Assembly: GCA_963734535.1 (NCBI GenBank)
Contig: CAVTHS010000006.1
Coordinates: 192,001 to 256,000 of the forward strand
Direction of reading: 5' to 3'
Length of the DNA: 64,000 nucleotides
Source: an uncultured Chloroflexia bacterium
GTDB lineage: Bacteria; Chloroflexota; Limnocylindria; Limnocylindrales; CSP1-4
Shown: positions 18,927-28,631 of the stretch, in pieces
Layout: each line of letters begins with the position of its first letter
How positions within the stretch are numbered: position 1 is the first letter of the stretch
Position numbers and translations under genes: made by a program
The notes under the pieces: model-generated
What the model saw: only the letters and a program-made list of their open reading frames with translations
Database searches by the model: none
What the model was told of the DNA's origin: nothing

Positions 18927-20282
18927 TCAGGCGCCGGTGGGCGCGCGGGTCCCGACCGAGCCGCCCTCGGCGGCGTGGAACCAAGTCCAGATCAGGAACG
19001 TGCCCACCGTGTACAGGACGATGATCGTGGCGAAGTTGATCGCGTACCCGGCTGTGAATCCGAGGGTGGCCTGGAGCAGGCTGTACCAGGGTCCGGCGAT
19101 GACCCAGCCGAGCGACCAGGCGAGGCTGGCGGCGGCGGCGTAGGTGGCCCGCTCGCGCGCCGGGAGCCGTTCCATCGCGAACGCGTTGAAGATCGGGTTG
19201 CCCGCGTTCATCAGCGAGTTGCGGATCGCCATCGAGCCGATGACCGTCCACAGGATCGGGCTGAAGCCGAGCACGGCGAGGAACGGGATGCTGGCGGCCT
19301 GGACCAGCACGACCGAGCCGATCTTGCCGACCCGCCGCGCCAGGGCGGGCTGGAACAGGATCGCGAGGGTGGTCCCGAGGCTCGTGAGCGCAAAGACCGC
19401 GTTGAGCGACTCGAGGTCGAGCCCGAACTTCCCCTGCACGAACAGGTTGAGGTACGGGATCACCTGGCCGGCCCCGAGCGAGATCAGGAACCCCGGCAGG
19501 ATGAGGCGCATGAAGGTCGCGCGATCTGAGATCCGCGGAAGCCCGATCCGGACGGAGCTCCGGCGACGGGTCAGGTCTGGCCGCGCGGCCAGTGGCTCGC
19601 CGCTCCACGGGAGCCCGGGCCGTCCTTCGAGCGTCCGCCAATCGCGCCGTCGCCCCCGCGGCCGGTCATCGCGCACCGCCAGCAGGATCGTCGTGGCGAC
19701 GAGGGCGGCCGCGAGCATCAGGACGAGCAGCACGCGGTAGGCGGCCGGATCGCCGGTCGAAAAGCCGCCGAGGCTGGCCGCCAGCGCCGCGATCGCGCCC
19801 CCGGCGAGCGCCGCGACGACGTTGACCCCGGTCGAGATGGCGCCCTGGAGCGAGAACAGCTCGCTCCGGTGGTCCGCGTGGCTGTGCTCGGTCATGAACG
19901 GCGACTGGACCACGAAGAACGTCTGGTTCGCGGCTCCGATCAGAGCCGCGCAGGCGACGACAACGAGCGAGGACCCGACCAGGAGCAGACCGACGATACC
20001 GACCGCGGAGACGCCCGTCGCGAGGACCAGCACGAGCCGGCGACCGATCCGATCCGACAGCATGCTCGCCGGGAACGCCGCCACCGCCCCGGCGCCGGAC
20101 GACGCCATGCCCACGATCCCGATGAACGCGTTGTCGAAGCCCAACGCCTTGAGGTAGAGGTTGAAGTCGACCCACCAGAGGCTCAGGGTGACGCCGTAGA
20201 CGCACGTGGCCAGGAGGAAGATCCGGGCGTCGCGCTCGAAGCCCGTGAAGCTCCGCGCGTAGCGCCGCAGCGCCGCGGTCAC
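18927..20282 (-). CDS. MFS transporter
   Basis: About 12 TM segments; motif A SDRIGRR. Confidence 0.9.
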   Translation of the reverse strand: MTAALRRYARSFTGFERDARIFLLATCVYGVTLSLWWVDFNLYLKALGFDNAFIGIVGMASSGAGAVAAFPASMLSDRIGRRLVLVLATGVSAVGIVGLLLVGSSLVVVACAALIGAANQTFFVVQSPFMTEHSHADHRSELFSLQGAISTGVNVVAALAGGAIAALAASLGGFSTGDPAAYRVLLVLMLAAALVATTILLAVRDDRPRGRRRDWRTLEGRPGLPWSGEPLAARPDLTRRRSSVRIGLPRISDRATFMRLILPGFLISLGAGQVIPYLNLFVQGKFGLDLESLNAVFALTSLGTTLAILFQPALARRVGKIGSVVLVQAASIPFLAVLGFSPILWTVIGSMAIRNSLMNAGNPIFNAFAMERLPARERATYAAAASLAWSLGWVIAGPWYSLLQATLGFTAGYAINFATIIVLYTVGTFLIWTWFHAAEGGSVGTRAPTGA

Positions 20283-20442
20283 GCCCCCCCGACCGGTGGG
20301 ATCGCCGGACCGGCGCCCCTCGGCGGGGGCAGGTCAGTCGGCGCGGTCGGCGCAGCCATGAGCGTGATCCTCGATGACATTGGGGCGGGCGGCGGCGTCC
20401 ATCGTACCGGGTGGCACGGCCATCCGGCCGGCGCCCGGCGGG

Positions 20443-23220
20443 TTACCGGTCGGGCGGCTCCGTCCCGGCAGGGAAGGGATCGGCCTCGCCGAGCGCATAG
20501 GCGACAGCGAGGTCGAGCGGGAGGCCGCGACCCTCGAGCTCCAGCCGCTCCAGCTCGCCGGCATTCATCGCCACACGCGCGTTCGGTCGCGTGGCCTGCT
20601 CGAACAGCTCCTCGACCATGCGGGCAAGCTCCGTGCCGGTCGACTGCGTCAGCTGCCGGGCTGCCCCGCGCAGCCGCGCCGCGCGCTCGAGGTCGCCAGC
20701 CGTCACCGCCACGGCCGACAGGTCGTCGAGGACCATGGTGATCCCCGACAGGTCGCCGGCCTCGTGGAAATGGCCCAGGGAGTGCCGCATCATGTCGGCC
20801 GCGTGCTCGACGCGGCCCAGCTTGAGGACCGTGGAGCCCAGCATGTGGAGCGCCCAGGCCTCCATGGTGCGGTTCCCCACCGCCCGGAAGTGCTCGAGGG
20901 ATCGGACGTACCAGCCCTCCGCCTCCACCTCGTCCGAGGCGAAGTAGTAGAGGCCGCCGATCCCCCACAGCACGTTGCCCTGCCCGAGTCGATCGCCGAT
21001 CGCCTCGTAGTTCTGGAGCGCCTCGTCGAGGTTGGCGCGGGCGCGCTTCCAGGACTCGGCCTCCGCGCTGCCTGCCATCAGGTTCGAGACCTCGCCCGAG
21101 CCCAGGTTGTAGAGCGCGTTGGCGATCTCGCTCCGGTCGCCGATCGTGCGCCAGATCTCCAGGGCGGCCTCGTACCAGGCTCGCGAGGCGGCGGCGTCGG
21201 CCTGCCAGTACGCGACACCCCCCAGCGCCTCCAGCAGGCGGGCATGCGCCTGGGGAGCCAGGTCCCAGCGGTGATCCTCGAGCGCGCTGAGCCGGCGACG
21301 TCCCTCGCGGAGATAGCCGCGCTGCTGCCAGAAGCGCCAGAGCGCGAAGCCGAGCCGAACGGCCGCCTCGGGATCAGGAATCGCCTCGGCGCGGTCGAGG
21401 GCGGCCCGGAAGTTGTCCGCGTCAGCGTCCAGCCGGTCCAGCCACGCGCGCTGCTCGGGCCCGGAGAGCCCGGCGGCTGCCCGCTCGGCCAGCTCCAGGT
21501 AGGCGGCGAGATGGCGATCACGGATCGCCCGCCCCTCGCCGGACGCATCGAGACGCTCTGCCCCGTAGGTCCGGATGGTGTCGAGCAGCGAGAAGCGCGC
21601 GGTCCCGGCGACGTCGTCGCTGCGGACGAGCGACTGGTCGACGAGCGCGCCGAGCACGTCGACGAGGTCGCCGCCGAGCGCGCCGTCCGCATCGCAGATC
21701 TGCTCGATGAGGGGCAGGTCCCCGCCGCCGACGAAGACCGAGAGCCGGGCCAGGAGGAGCCGGCCGGCATCGTCGAGCAGGTCGTAGCTCCAGGCGATCG
21801 CGCCGCGGAGCGTCCGCTGTCGCTCGGGCAGGTCGCGCGACGCCGAGGCGAGGAGCTCAAGGCGGTGCTCCAGGCGCTCGAGGATGGCGTCCGGGGCCAG
21901 GACCTTGACGCGCGCGGCGGCGAGCTCGATCGCGAGCGGCAGGCCCTGCAGCGTGGCGCAGATCCCGGCGACGGCCGGCGCATTCGCACTGGTGACCCGG
22001 AATTCCGGGCGGACGGCGAGGGCGCGCGCCACGAAGAGCCGGACCGCCTCGTACTGGCCGAGCGTCGCGGGGTCGCCGGCGCGGATCTCGGCAGGCAGGC
22101 GGGCCGCCTCGAGCGTCGAGAGGCGGCGCGGATCGGGGGGCGCCGGCAGCCCCGGGACGGCGTATTCCTGCTCCCCGGAGACGTGCAGCGCGCCCCGGCT
22201 CGTGGTCACGATCGTGAGGGCCGGGCATGTCCGCAGGAGCTGCGCGACGAGCGGGGCCGCCGCGATGACCTGCTCGAAGTTGTCGAGCACGAGCAGGCAG
22301 GCGCGCGGAGCGAGGTGCTCTACCAGCAGGTCGAGGGTGGGGCGGACGCCGCTGTCGGTCAGCCCGACGGCGCGGGCGACCGTGCCCGCCACCAGCCCGG
22401 CCTCCCGAAGCGGCTCGAGCGGCACGAACCAGACCCCGTCCGGGTAGCGGTCCGCGGCCGCGGCCGCGACCTGGAGCGCCAGGCGCGTCTTGCCGATGCC
22501 GCCGGGGCCAGTGAGGGTCAGGAGCCGCGACGCGTCGAGCAGCAGGAGCGTGGCCGCGAGGTCGCGGTCGCGACCCACGAACGACGTCAGCTGGGTCGGC
22601 AGGTTGTTGGGTCGCCGGTCGAGCGAACGGATCGGTGGGAAGTCGGCCGGGAGGCCCACGGCGACGAGCTGCGCGAGGCGCTCCGGCCGGAGGTCCTTGA
22701 GGCGGTGCTCCCCGAGGTCGCGGATCGACACGTCCGGGGGGAGCATCCCGCCGATGAGCGAGCGAGTCGTCTCCGAGACCAGGACCTGGCCGCCGTGGCC
22801 TGCCGCGGCGATGCGCGCGGCCCGGTGGACCTCGAGCGACGTGTAGCCGCCGTCTGACGTGGGTGTCGCCTCGCCGGTGTGGAGTCCCATCCGGACCCGG
22901 ATCTGCGAACCCTCGGGCCAGGGATGTGCGGCAAGGGCTCGCTGCGCCGCGACGCAGGCGGCCGCGGCCGCGCTCGCGCTGGCAAACGCGACGAAGAACG
23001 CGTCGCCCTCCGTCTGCACCTCGACGCCGCCCGCCGCCTCGAAGGCGGCCCGAAGGATGGCGCGGTGCGCCTCCAGGAGGGGCTCGTACGCGCTCCCCAG
23101 GCGCGTGATCAGCGCGGTCGAGCCCTCGATGTCGGTGAAGAGGAAGGTGACCGTCCCGGCGGGGAGCGGCCGCCGGGTGCCGGCGAGCGCGGGCGGTTCC
23201 ACGGGGGCGGGCGGTTCCAC
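20443..23220 (-). CDS. Class III adenylate/guanylate cyclase - NB-ARC/STAND ATPase - TPR protein
   Basis: TFLFTDIEGST, EGDAF, RMGLHTG, NNLPTQLTSFVGR, GPGGIGKTRL, LVLDNFE, GLPLAIELAA, TPR-like tail. Confidence 0.93.
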   Translation of the reverse strand: MEPPAPVEPPALAGTRRPLPAGTVTFLFTDIEGSTALITRLGSAYEPLLEAHRAILRAAFEAAGGVEVQTEGDAFFVAFASASAAAAACVAAQRALAAHPWPEGSQIRVRMGLHTGEATPTSDGGYTSLEVHRAARIAAAGHGGQVLVSETTRSLIGGMLPPDVSIRDLGEHRLKDLRPERLAQLVAVGLPADFPPIRSLDRRPNNLPTQLTSFVGRDRDLAATLLLLDASRLLTLTGPGGIGKTRLALQVAAAAADRYPDGVWFVPLEPLREAGLVAGTVARAVGLTDSGVRPTLDLLVEHLAPRACLLVLDNFEQVIAAAPLVAQLLRTCPALTIVTTSRGALHVSGEQEYAVPGLPAPPDPRRLSTLEAARLPAEIRAGDPATLGQYEAVRLFVARALAVRPEFRVTSANAPAVAGICATLQGLPLAIELAAARVKVLAPDAILERLEHRLELLASASRDLPERQRTLRGAIAWSYDLLDDAGRLLLARLSVFVGGGDLPLIEQICDADGALGGDLVDVLGALVDQSLVRSDDVAGTARFSLLDTIRTYGAERLDASGEGRAIRDRHLAAYLELAERAAAGLSGPEQRAWLDRLDADADNFRAALDRAEAIPDPEAAVRLGFALWRFWQQRGYLREGRRRLSALEDHRWDLAPQAHARLLEALGGVAYWQADAAASRAWYEAALEIWRTIGDRSEIANALYNLGSGEVSNLMAGSAEAESWKRARANLDEALQNYEAIGDRLGQGNVLWGIGGLYYFASDEVEAEGWYVRSLEHFRAVGNRTMEAWALHMLGSTVLKLGRVEHAADMMRHSLGHFHEAGDLSGITMVLDDLSAVAVTAGDLERAARLRGAARQLTQSTGTELARMVEELFEQATRPNARVAMNAGELERLELEGRGLPLDLAVAYALGEADPFPAGTEPPDR

Positions 23221-23372
23221 GGGCGCGATGCTGCGCCAGCGCGGCACGGCCGTCAACGCCACGTCGCGTCCGGGTTGGACGGCGCCCGCCGCGCGGCACA
23301 CGGGCAGCGCGGCAGCCGACAGCGCGCCTGTCAGCCGTTGACGGCTAACCGGCGTTCTCGTAGCCTCACGTC

Positions 23373-23925
23373 GTGGACGTACTCCGCCTCGCGGCCCTCG
23401 CCGAGCCGGTCACGACGACGGGGCCTTCGCCGGTCACGACGACGGCGCGGACCGGGACGCTCCACGACGTGCTCGACCGGGTCATCGGCTCCCGGCTTGA
23501 TCGGGCCGGCGCCCCTGTCCGCTGGGGGATCGGTGCCGGTCTTGACGGTCGCGTCGGCCCAGGGGCGCGCCGCGCTCGCCATCCGGAGCGCGCGTGATCG
23601 AGGAGGCTGGCTCGGGTTCGCGACCGGCGACCCGTGGCGGGACGCGCTCCTGGCGGACCTCGTCGTCGTGCTGGCCGCGCTCCTCGACGACCTGACGCCG
23701 CGCCAGGCCGAGATCGCCGGCCGGGTCCTGGTTGACGGGGCACGCCAGGCGGAGGTCGCCGCCGCGCTCGGCGTGAGCCGCGCGACGGTCTCGGTCGCGG
23801 TCGCGCGCGGTCGCCTGCCCGCCATTGCGAGTGCCCGAAGGGCGATCGAGTCGCTCCTGCGTCGGCCCGCCACCAGTGGCGCACGGCCGCGGCGAGGGCG
23901 GCTGCCCCGTCCGCACCGCCGCGAT
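23373..23925 (+). CDS. SatD-like protein with C-terminal HTH; indel(s) near 23560, end approximate
   Basis: VRWGIGAG then LTPRQAEIA...ARQAEVAAALGVSRATVSV; TAGCCT 6 nt before GTG 23373. Confidence 0.5.
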
Positions 23926-24667
23926 GATCGGGGCGCTCCTCGCCGGGCTCGCGGCCGGGTACGGCATCGCGATCCCCGTCGGCGCGGTGTCCGTCCTCAT
24001 CGTGGAGACGGGGTTCCGGTCGGGCTTCCGGTCCGCCGCGGCTGCCGGGGCCGGCGCCGCGACGGCCGACGCGGTCTACGCCACGATCGCGGCGGTCTTC
24101 GGCACCGCGCTCGCGGCGGCGCTCATCCCCTGGCAGGCGCCGCTCCGGGTGGCCGCGGTCGTCGTCCTCGTGGGTCTCGCGCTGCGCGGTTTCCGGTCCG
24201 TGGCGCGTGACGCCGAGCGAGCGAGCGATGGCGGGTCGGGATCCGCGCCGTCGCCCGGTCCGGGTTCCGCACCATCGTCCCGCGGCTCGCCCGGTCCGGC
24301 GGCTGCACTTCCGCCTGCTGGCCCGCCCGCCGGCCCGATCGGCCCGGGGGCCGGGAGCCTCGAGCCGCGATCGGCGCGCCGGACCTATGCGGCCTTCCTG
24401 GGGCTCACGTTGCTCAACCCGATGACGATCACCTACTTCGCCGCGCTCATCGTCGGCCTCGGCGGGACCGGGACTGCGCCGATCGAGAAGCTCGCCTTCG
24501 TCGTCGCGGCGTTCGGCGCCTCGCTCTCCTGGCAGACGCTGATCGCCGCCGCCGGGGCTGCGCTGCATCGCCGGCTGGGGCCGCGCCTGCGCCTCTCGGT
24601 CGGCGTCACCGGCAATGCCATCGTCCTGGCCTTCGCGGTCGTCATCGCCGCCGGCCTCGCGAGGTAG
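23924..24667 (+). CDS. LysE family exporter
   Basis: GYGIAIPVGAVS, GAATADAVY, GLTLLNPMTITYF. Confidence 0.9.
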   Translation: MIGALLAGLAAGYGIAIPVGAVSVLIVETGFRSGFRSAAAAGAGAATADAVYATIAAVFGTALAAALIPWQAPLRVAAVVVLVGLALRGFRSVARDAERASDGGSGSAPSPGPGSAPSSRGSPGPAAALPPAGPPAGPIGPGAGSLEPRSARRTYAAFLGLTLLNPMTITYFAALIVGLGGTGTAPIEKLAFVVAAFGASLSWQTLIAAAGAALHRRLGPRLRLSVGVTGNAIVLAFAVVIAAGLAR

Positions 24668-24689
24668 CGCGCCGCGACGGCCGACCGTG

Positions 24690-26177
24690 TCAGGAGCCGG
24701 GAGGGACCCGGCCCGGCAGCGCCACCGCGAAGCAGGTGCGGCCGGGCTCGGACACCACGTCGATCCGGCCGGCGTGCCGGTCGACGATGGAGCGGACGAT
24801 GTGGAGCCCCAGGCCGCTCCCGGCCCCGACGTCCTTCGTGGTGAAGAACGGCTCGAAGATCCGGGCGCGGACGTCGTCGGGGATGCCCGGCCCGGAGTCG
24901 CAGAGCTCGACCCGGACGCCCGGCACGATCGTTGGCTCGGCCCCGGCCATCGGTTCGCCCGGACCCGCTGCCGTGGGTGCGGGCTTGACATCCGCCGGTG
25001 GATCGCGCCGGACCGCGATCTCGAGAACGCCCCGCCCCTCCATCGCATCCGCGGCGTTGACGATCAGGTTCGTCCAGACCTGGTTGAGCTCGCTGCCAAA
25101 GGCCTCGATGCGCGGCCGATCCGACGGGTAGGAACGGCGAACCTCGATGCCAGCCTTGAGGCGCGGCCGCAGCATCACGAGCGTGCTCTCGATCCCGGCG
25201 ATCACGTCAACGTCGCCGACGGGCGCACGGTCGAGGTAGCTGTACTCGCGGACGGAGGCGACGATCTCGCCGATCCGGTCGCCGGCGGCCTCGATCTCGC
25301 CGAGGAGCTGGCGCCCGAGGGCCCCCGCCGCAAGCCAGGCGAGCACGACGTGGCGCGCCTCGTCGCTCGCAAACGGCGCGAGCAGGTCATCGAGCTGGTT
25401 TCCGTCCCAGCCGAAGGCGACGAGCGTCGCGGCCGGCTCGTCCGGTCGGGCGATGCCGAGCCGGTCGAGCAGCGCGACCATCGCGTCCTCGCGGTCGGCG
25501 GCGTCGATCGCGTCGAGGATCGGGGGCGCCGCTGCCCGCCGGTCGAGCTCGTCGCGCAGCGCGGCGGCCACCTCGCGGGCGACGCCGCCCGGGTCCAGGT
25601 CGTCGGGACCGAGCGCCCCGAGGCCGACCGCAGCCCGGTCCCAGTCCCGGACGAGCGCCGCCAGCCGGGACGCCGTGCTCCGGATCGCCGCCGCGGGGTT
25701 GTTCAGCTCGTGGGCGAGGCCGGCGGCCAGCGTTCCGAGCCCCGCGAGCTTCTCCTGTTCGCGGAGCAGGGATTCCGTGGATCGGAGGCGCCCCGCCGTC
25801 GTCCGCAGGAGCGACAGCGCCAGCTCGGGCTGGCGGCCCAGCACGTCGAGCAGCGCGTCACGCCGGAGGCAGAGGAGCGTCGCGGGGCCGACGGCGCGGA
25901 CGGTCGCCGTGCGAGGCCTGCCCTCGAGGACCGCCAGCTCGCCCTGGACCTCGCCGGGGCCCACGACCGCCAGCGGGACGTCCACCTTGCCGGACCGTTT
26001 CGTGACGGCGAGCTCCCCGGCGAGGACGACGAAGAGCGAATCCCCCGTGTCGCCCTCGCGGATGATCACGGCGCCCGGCGCGAGCTCCACGGTCTCCGCC
26101 ACGGCGGCCAGCCGTCCGAGCTCGGCGTCGTCGAGACCGGCGAGGAGCGGGATGCGGCGAAGCGGCGCGAGGTCCAC
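24690..26177 (-). CDS. cNMP-binding-domain sensor histidine kinase
   Basis: IIREGDTGDSLF...GELAVLEGRPRTATVRA; GLAHELNNP; NQVWTNLIVNA; DSGPGI; FFTTK; GSGLGL. Confidence 0.93.
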   Translation of the reverse strand: MDLAPLRRIPLLAGLDDAELGRLAAVAETVELAPGAVIIREGDTGDSLFVVLAGELAVTKRSGKVDVPLAVVGPGEVQGELAVLEGRPRTATVRAVGPATLLCLRRDALLDVLGRQPELALSLLRTTAGRLRSTESLLREQEKLAGLGTLAAGLAHELNNPAAAIRSTASRLAALVRDWDRAAVGLGALGPDDLDPGGVAREVAAALRDELDRRAAAPPILDAIDAADREDAMVALLDRLGIARPDEPAATLVAFGWDGNQLDDLLAPFASDEARHVVLAWLAAGALGRQLLGEIEAAGDRIGEIVASVREYSYLDRAPVGDVDVIAGIESTLVMLRPRLKAGIEVRRSYPSDRPRIEAFGSELNQVWTNLIVNAADAMEGRGVLEIAVRRDPPADVKPAPTAAGPGEPMAGAEPTIVPGVRVELCDSGPGIPDDVRARIFEPFFTTKDVGAGSGLGLHIVRSIVDRHAGRIDVVSEPGRTCFAVALPGRVPPGS

Positions 26178-26184
26178 CGGCGTG

Positions 26185-27840
26185 TCAGATGCCCGACAGG
26201 TGCTGGTGGACGAACTGGACCGCCATCGCGCCCTCGCCGACCCCCGACGCGATCCGCTTGACGGAGCGCGCCCGGACGTCGCCGGCAGCGAAGATCCCGG
26301 GCACGTTCGTCTCGAGCAGGAGGGGCTCCCGCGCGAGTGGCCAGCCAGCCACGCGGCCGTCGACCCGCGTGAGCGCGGGGCCGGTCACGATGAAGCCGGC
26401 GCCGTCCCGCTCGACGAGACCGCCGAGCCATTCTGTGCGTGGCAGCGCACCGACGAAGAGGAAGAGCCCCTGCATCGGCACCTCGACCGAGCCGGCCGGG
26501 TCGGTGATCGTGACCGCCTCCAGCTCGTCGGTCCCCCGCACGGCCGACACGTTCGCGCCGAGCCGGACCTCGATCCCGGGGAGCGCGGCGATCTGGTCTA
26601 CCAGGTACTGGCTCATGCCCGCCTCCAGCCGCCCCCCGCGCACCACCAGGGTCACGTGGCGGGCGAAGCCGGCCAGGTGGACGGCGGCCTGGCCGGCCGA
26701 GTTGCCGCCGCCCACCACCGCCACGTCGCGATCTCGGAAGGCGAGCGCCTCGGTGATCGCGGCACCGTAGAAGACGCCCAGGCCGATGAGCGCGTCGACG
26801 CCGGGCGCCTCCAGCCTGCGGTACTGGACGCCCATCGCGAGGATCAGGGCCTGGCAGCTGAGCTCGGTCCCATCGCCGAGGGTTACGATCGAGTACGGGT
26901 CCTCGCGCCGGATGCCGCGAACCTCCTGCGGGGTCAGGATCTCGGCCCCGAGCCGGGTGGCCTGGGTCACTGCGCGGCGCGCGAGGTCCGACCCCGACAG
27001 GCCGGCGGGAAAGCCGAGGTAGTTCTCGATCCGCGAGGTCGTGCCCGCCTGTCCGCCCGGCGCCTCGCCCTCGACGAGGAGCGTCCGGAGCCCCTCGGAG
27101 GCGCCGTAGACGGCGGCCGCGAGCCCGGCCGGGCCGCCGCCGATGATGACGAGGTCGTACGACGGCAGGGCCGCGCGGGTCCGCAGGCCGACCTTCCCGG
27201 CGATCTCCACGTTGGACGGGGCACGCAGGTGGCTGCCGTCCGCGAAGACCAGGAGCGGATCGCGACCCGGGTCGATGCCCGCGCTCGCGACCAGGCGGGC
27301 CGCTTCCGGGTCGGACTCGACATCGACCCAGCGGTACGGGACCTGGTTGCGGGCGAGGTAGTCCTTGATCTCATGGGCGCGCGCGGACCAGCGATGGCCG
27401 ACGAGGCGGACGCCGTCGAACGGCGGAATCCAGCCGGCGCGCCAGTCGTCGAGGAGCTCGGCGAGGGCAGGCAGCAGCCGCTCCTCGGGCGGATCCCATG
27501 GCTTGAGGAGGTAGTGGTCGAGTCCGATCTCGTTGATGGCCCGGATCGCGACGTCGGTATCGGCATAGGCCGTCAGGAGCACGCGCTTCGTGCCTGGAAG
27601 GAGGGTGAGGGTCGAACCCAGCAGCTCGACACCCGTCATCCCGGGCATCCGCTGGTCCACGACGAGCAGGGCGATCGGCGTTCCGCGCAGGATCAGGCGG
27701 CGGATCGCGTCGAGCGCGTCGGCGCCCGAGCCGGCCGCGACCACGCGGTACTCGCTGCCGAACCTGCCCCGCAGCTCGCGCTCCACGGCGCGCAGGACCT
27801 GCGGGTCGTCGTCGACGACCAGGATCACCGGGTTCGCCAT
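26185..27840 (-). CDS. Response regulator receiver - thioredoxin-reductase-like (TrxB) fusion
   Basis: ILVVDDD, VDQRMPGMTG, LLKPW; IIGGGPAGL, IENYLGFP, VVGGGNSAGQ, FAAGDVR. Confidence 0.92.
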   Translation of the reverse strand: MANPVILVVDDDPQVLRAVERELRGRFGSEYRVVAAGSGADALDAIRRLILRGTPIALLVVDQRMPGMTGVELLGSTLTLLPGTKRVLLTAYADTDVAIRAINEIGLDHYLLKPWDPPEERLLPALAELLDDWRAGWIPPFDGVRLVGHRWSARAHEIKDYLARNQVPYRWVDVESDPEAARLVASAGIDPGRDPLLVFADGSHLRAPSNVEIAGKVGLRTRAALPSYDLVIIGGGPAGLAAAVYGASEGLRTLLVEGEAPGGQAGTTSRIENYLGFPAGLSGSDLARRAVTQATRLGAEILTPQEVRGIRREDPYSIVTLGDGTELSCQALILAMGVQYRRLEAPGVDALIGLGVFYGAAITEALAFRDRDVAVVGGGNSAGQAAVHLAGFARHVTLVVRGGRLEAGMSQYLVDQIAALPGIEVRLGANVSAVRGTDELEAVTITDPAGSVEVPMQGLFLFVGALPRTEWLGGLVERDGAGFIVTGPALTRVDGRVAGWPLAREPLLLETNVPGIFAAGDVRARSVKRIASGVGEGAMAVQFVHQHLSGI

Positions 27841-27975
27841 CGCCGGGACTGCCTCCGTCGCGCCGTCCGAGCGCAGTCCGGCCGTGCCCGGCGCGTCCTC
27901 GGCGAATCGTGCCTGCATGCTAGTCGAGACCGGTGTCCCCGGCGAGTGCGGATCCCGTGGCCCGGTCCGACCCGT

Positions 27976-28551
27976 TCAGGCCTCCGGCTCGTCCCGGAGC
28001 CGGGCGAACATGACGGCGTCCACCAGCTCACCGCGGAACGGCAGGTACCGCCGCAGGACCCCTTCCCGGGTGAACCCGGCGCGGAGCGCGACCCTGCCGG
28101 ACGCCTCGTTGCCGACGAGCGTGAGGAGCTCCATCCGCACGAGGGTCGGCTCGATTCCGAACGCCCAGCGGACCGCGAGCAACACGGCCCTGGTCGCGGC
28201 ACCCCGCCCGCGGGCCCCGGGCGCCAGCCAGTAGCCGATCGCCGCCTTGCCCGGCTCGTCCAGCCGCCGGTGGAATGCCAGCGTTCCCAGGAGCGCCCCA
28301 TCGGCTGCACCGGCGATCACGAAGGTCGGCTCACGCCCGCCCGCCCAGCCCTCGGCAGTGAACGCCACGAATGCGCGGGCGTCCTCGAGGCGATACGGGA
28401 CCGGCACGGGAATCCAGCGCGCGATCTCCGGGTCACTGCACGCCGCGGCGATCGCAGGCGCGTCGGCTTCGCGCGGAAGGCGCAGGACCAGCGTGCCGTC
28501 CGCGAGCGGGCGATCGGGAACGGGGAATGGGCGGAACAACCGGCTGGCCAT
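27976..28551 (-). CDS. GNAT N-acetyltransferase (RimJ/RimL-like)
   Basis: IGYWLAPGARGRGAAT, NEASGRVA, GFTREGVLR. Confidence 0.9.
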   Translation of the reverse strand: MASRLFRPFPVPDRPLADGTLVLRLPREADAPAIAAACSDPEIARWIPVPVPYRLEDARAFVAFTAEGWAGGREPTFVIAGAADGALLGTLAFHRRLDEPGKAAIGYWLAPGARGRGAATRAVLLAVRWAFGIEPTLVRMELLTLVGNEASGRVALRAGFTREGVLRRYLPFRGELVDAVMFARLRDEPEA

Positions 28552-28631
28552 GCTCCGTAGACTCTACGGCGCGGGAGATCGCCCGGCGTTGCCGGGCATG
28601 GCGGGGCTCTCGCCGTACCGGGAGGCTCGGC

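Noticed and set aside
20279-20380. 33-aa leader peptide coupled to the MFS gene
   Set aside because: The junction follows a 7-nt homopolymer, so it is equally explained as the MFS N-terminus shifted by an indel error
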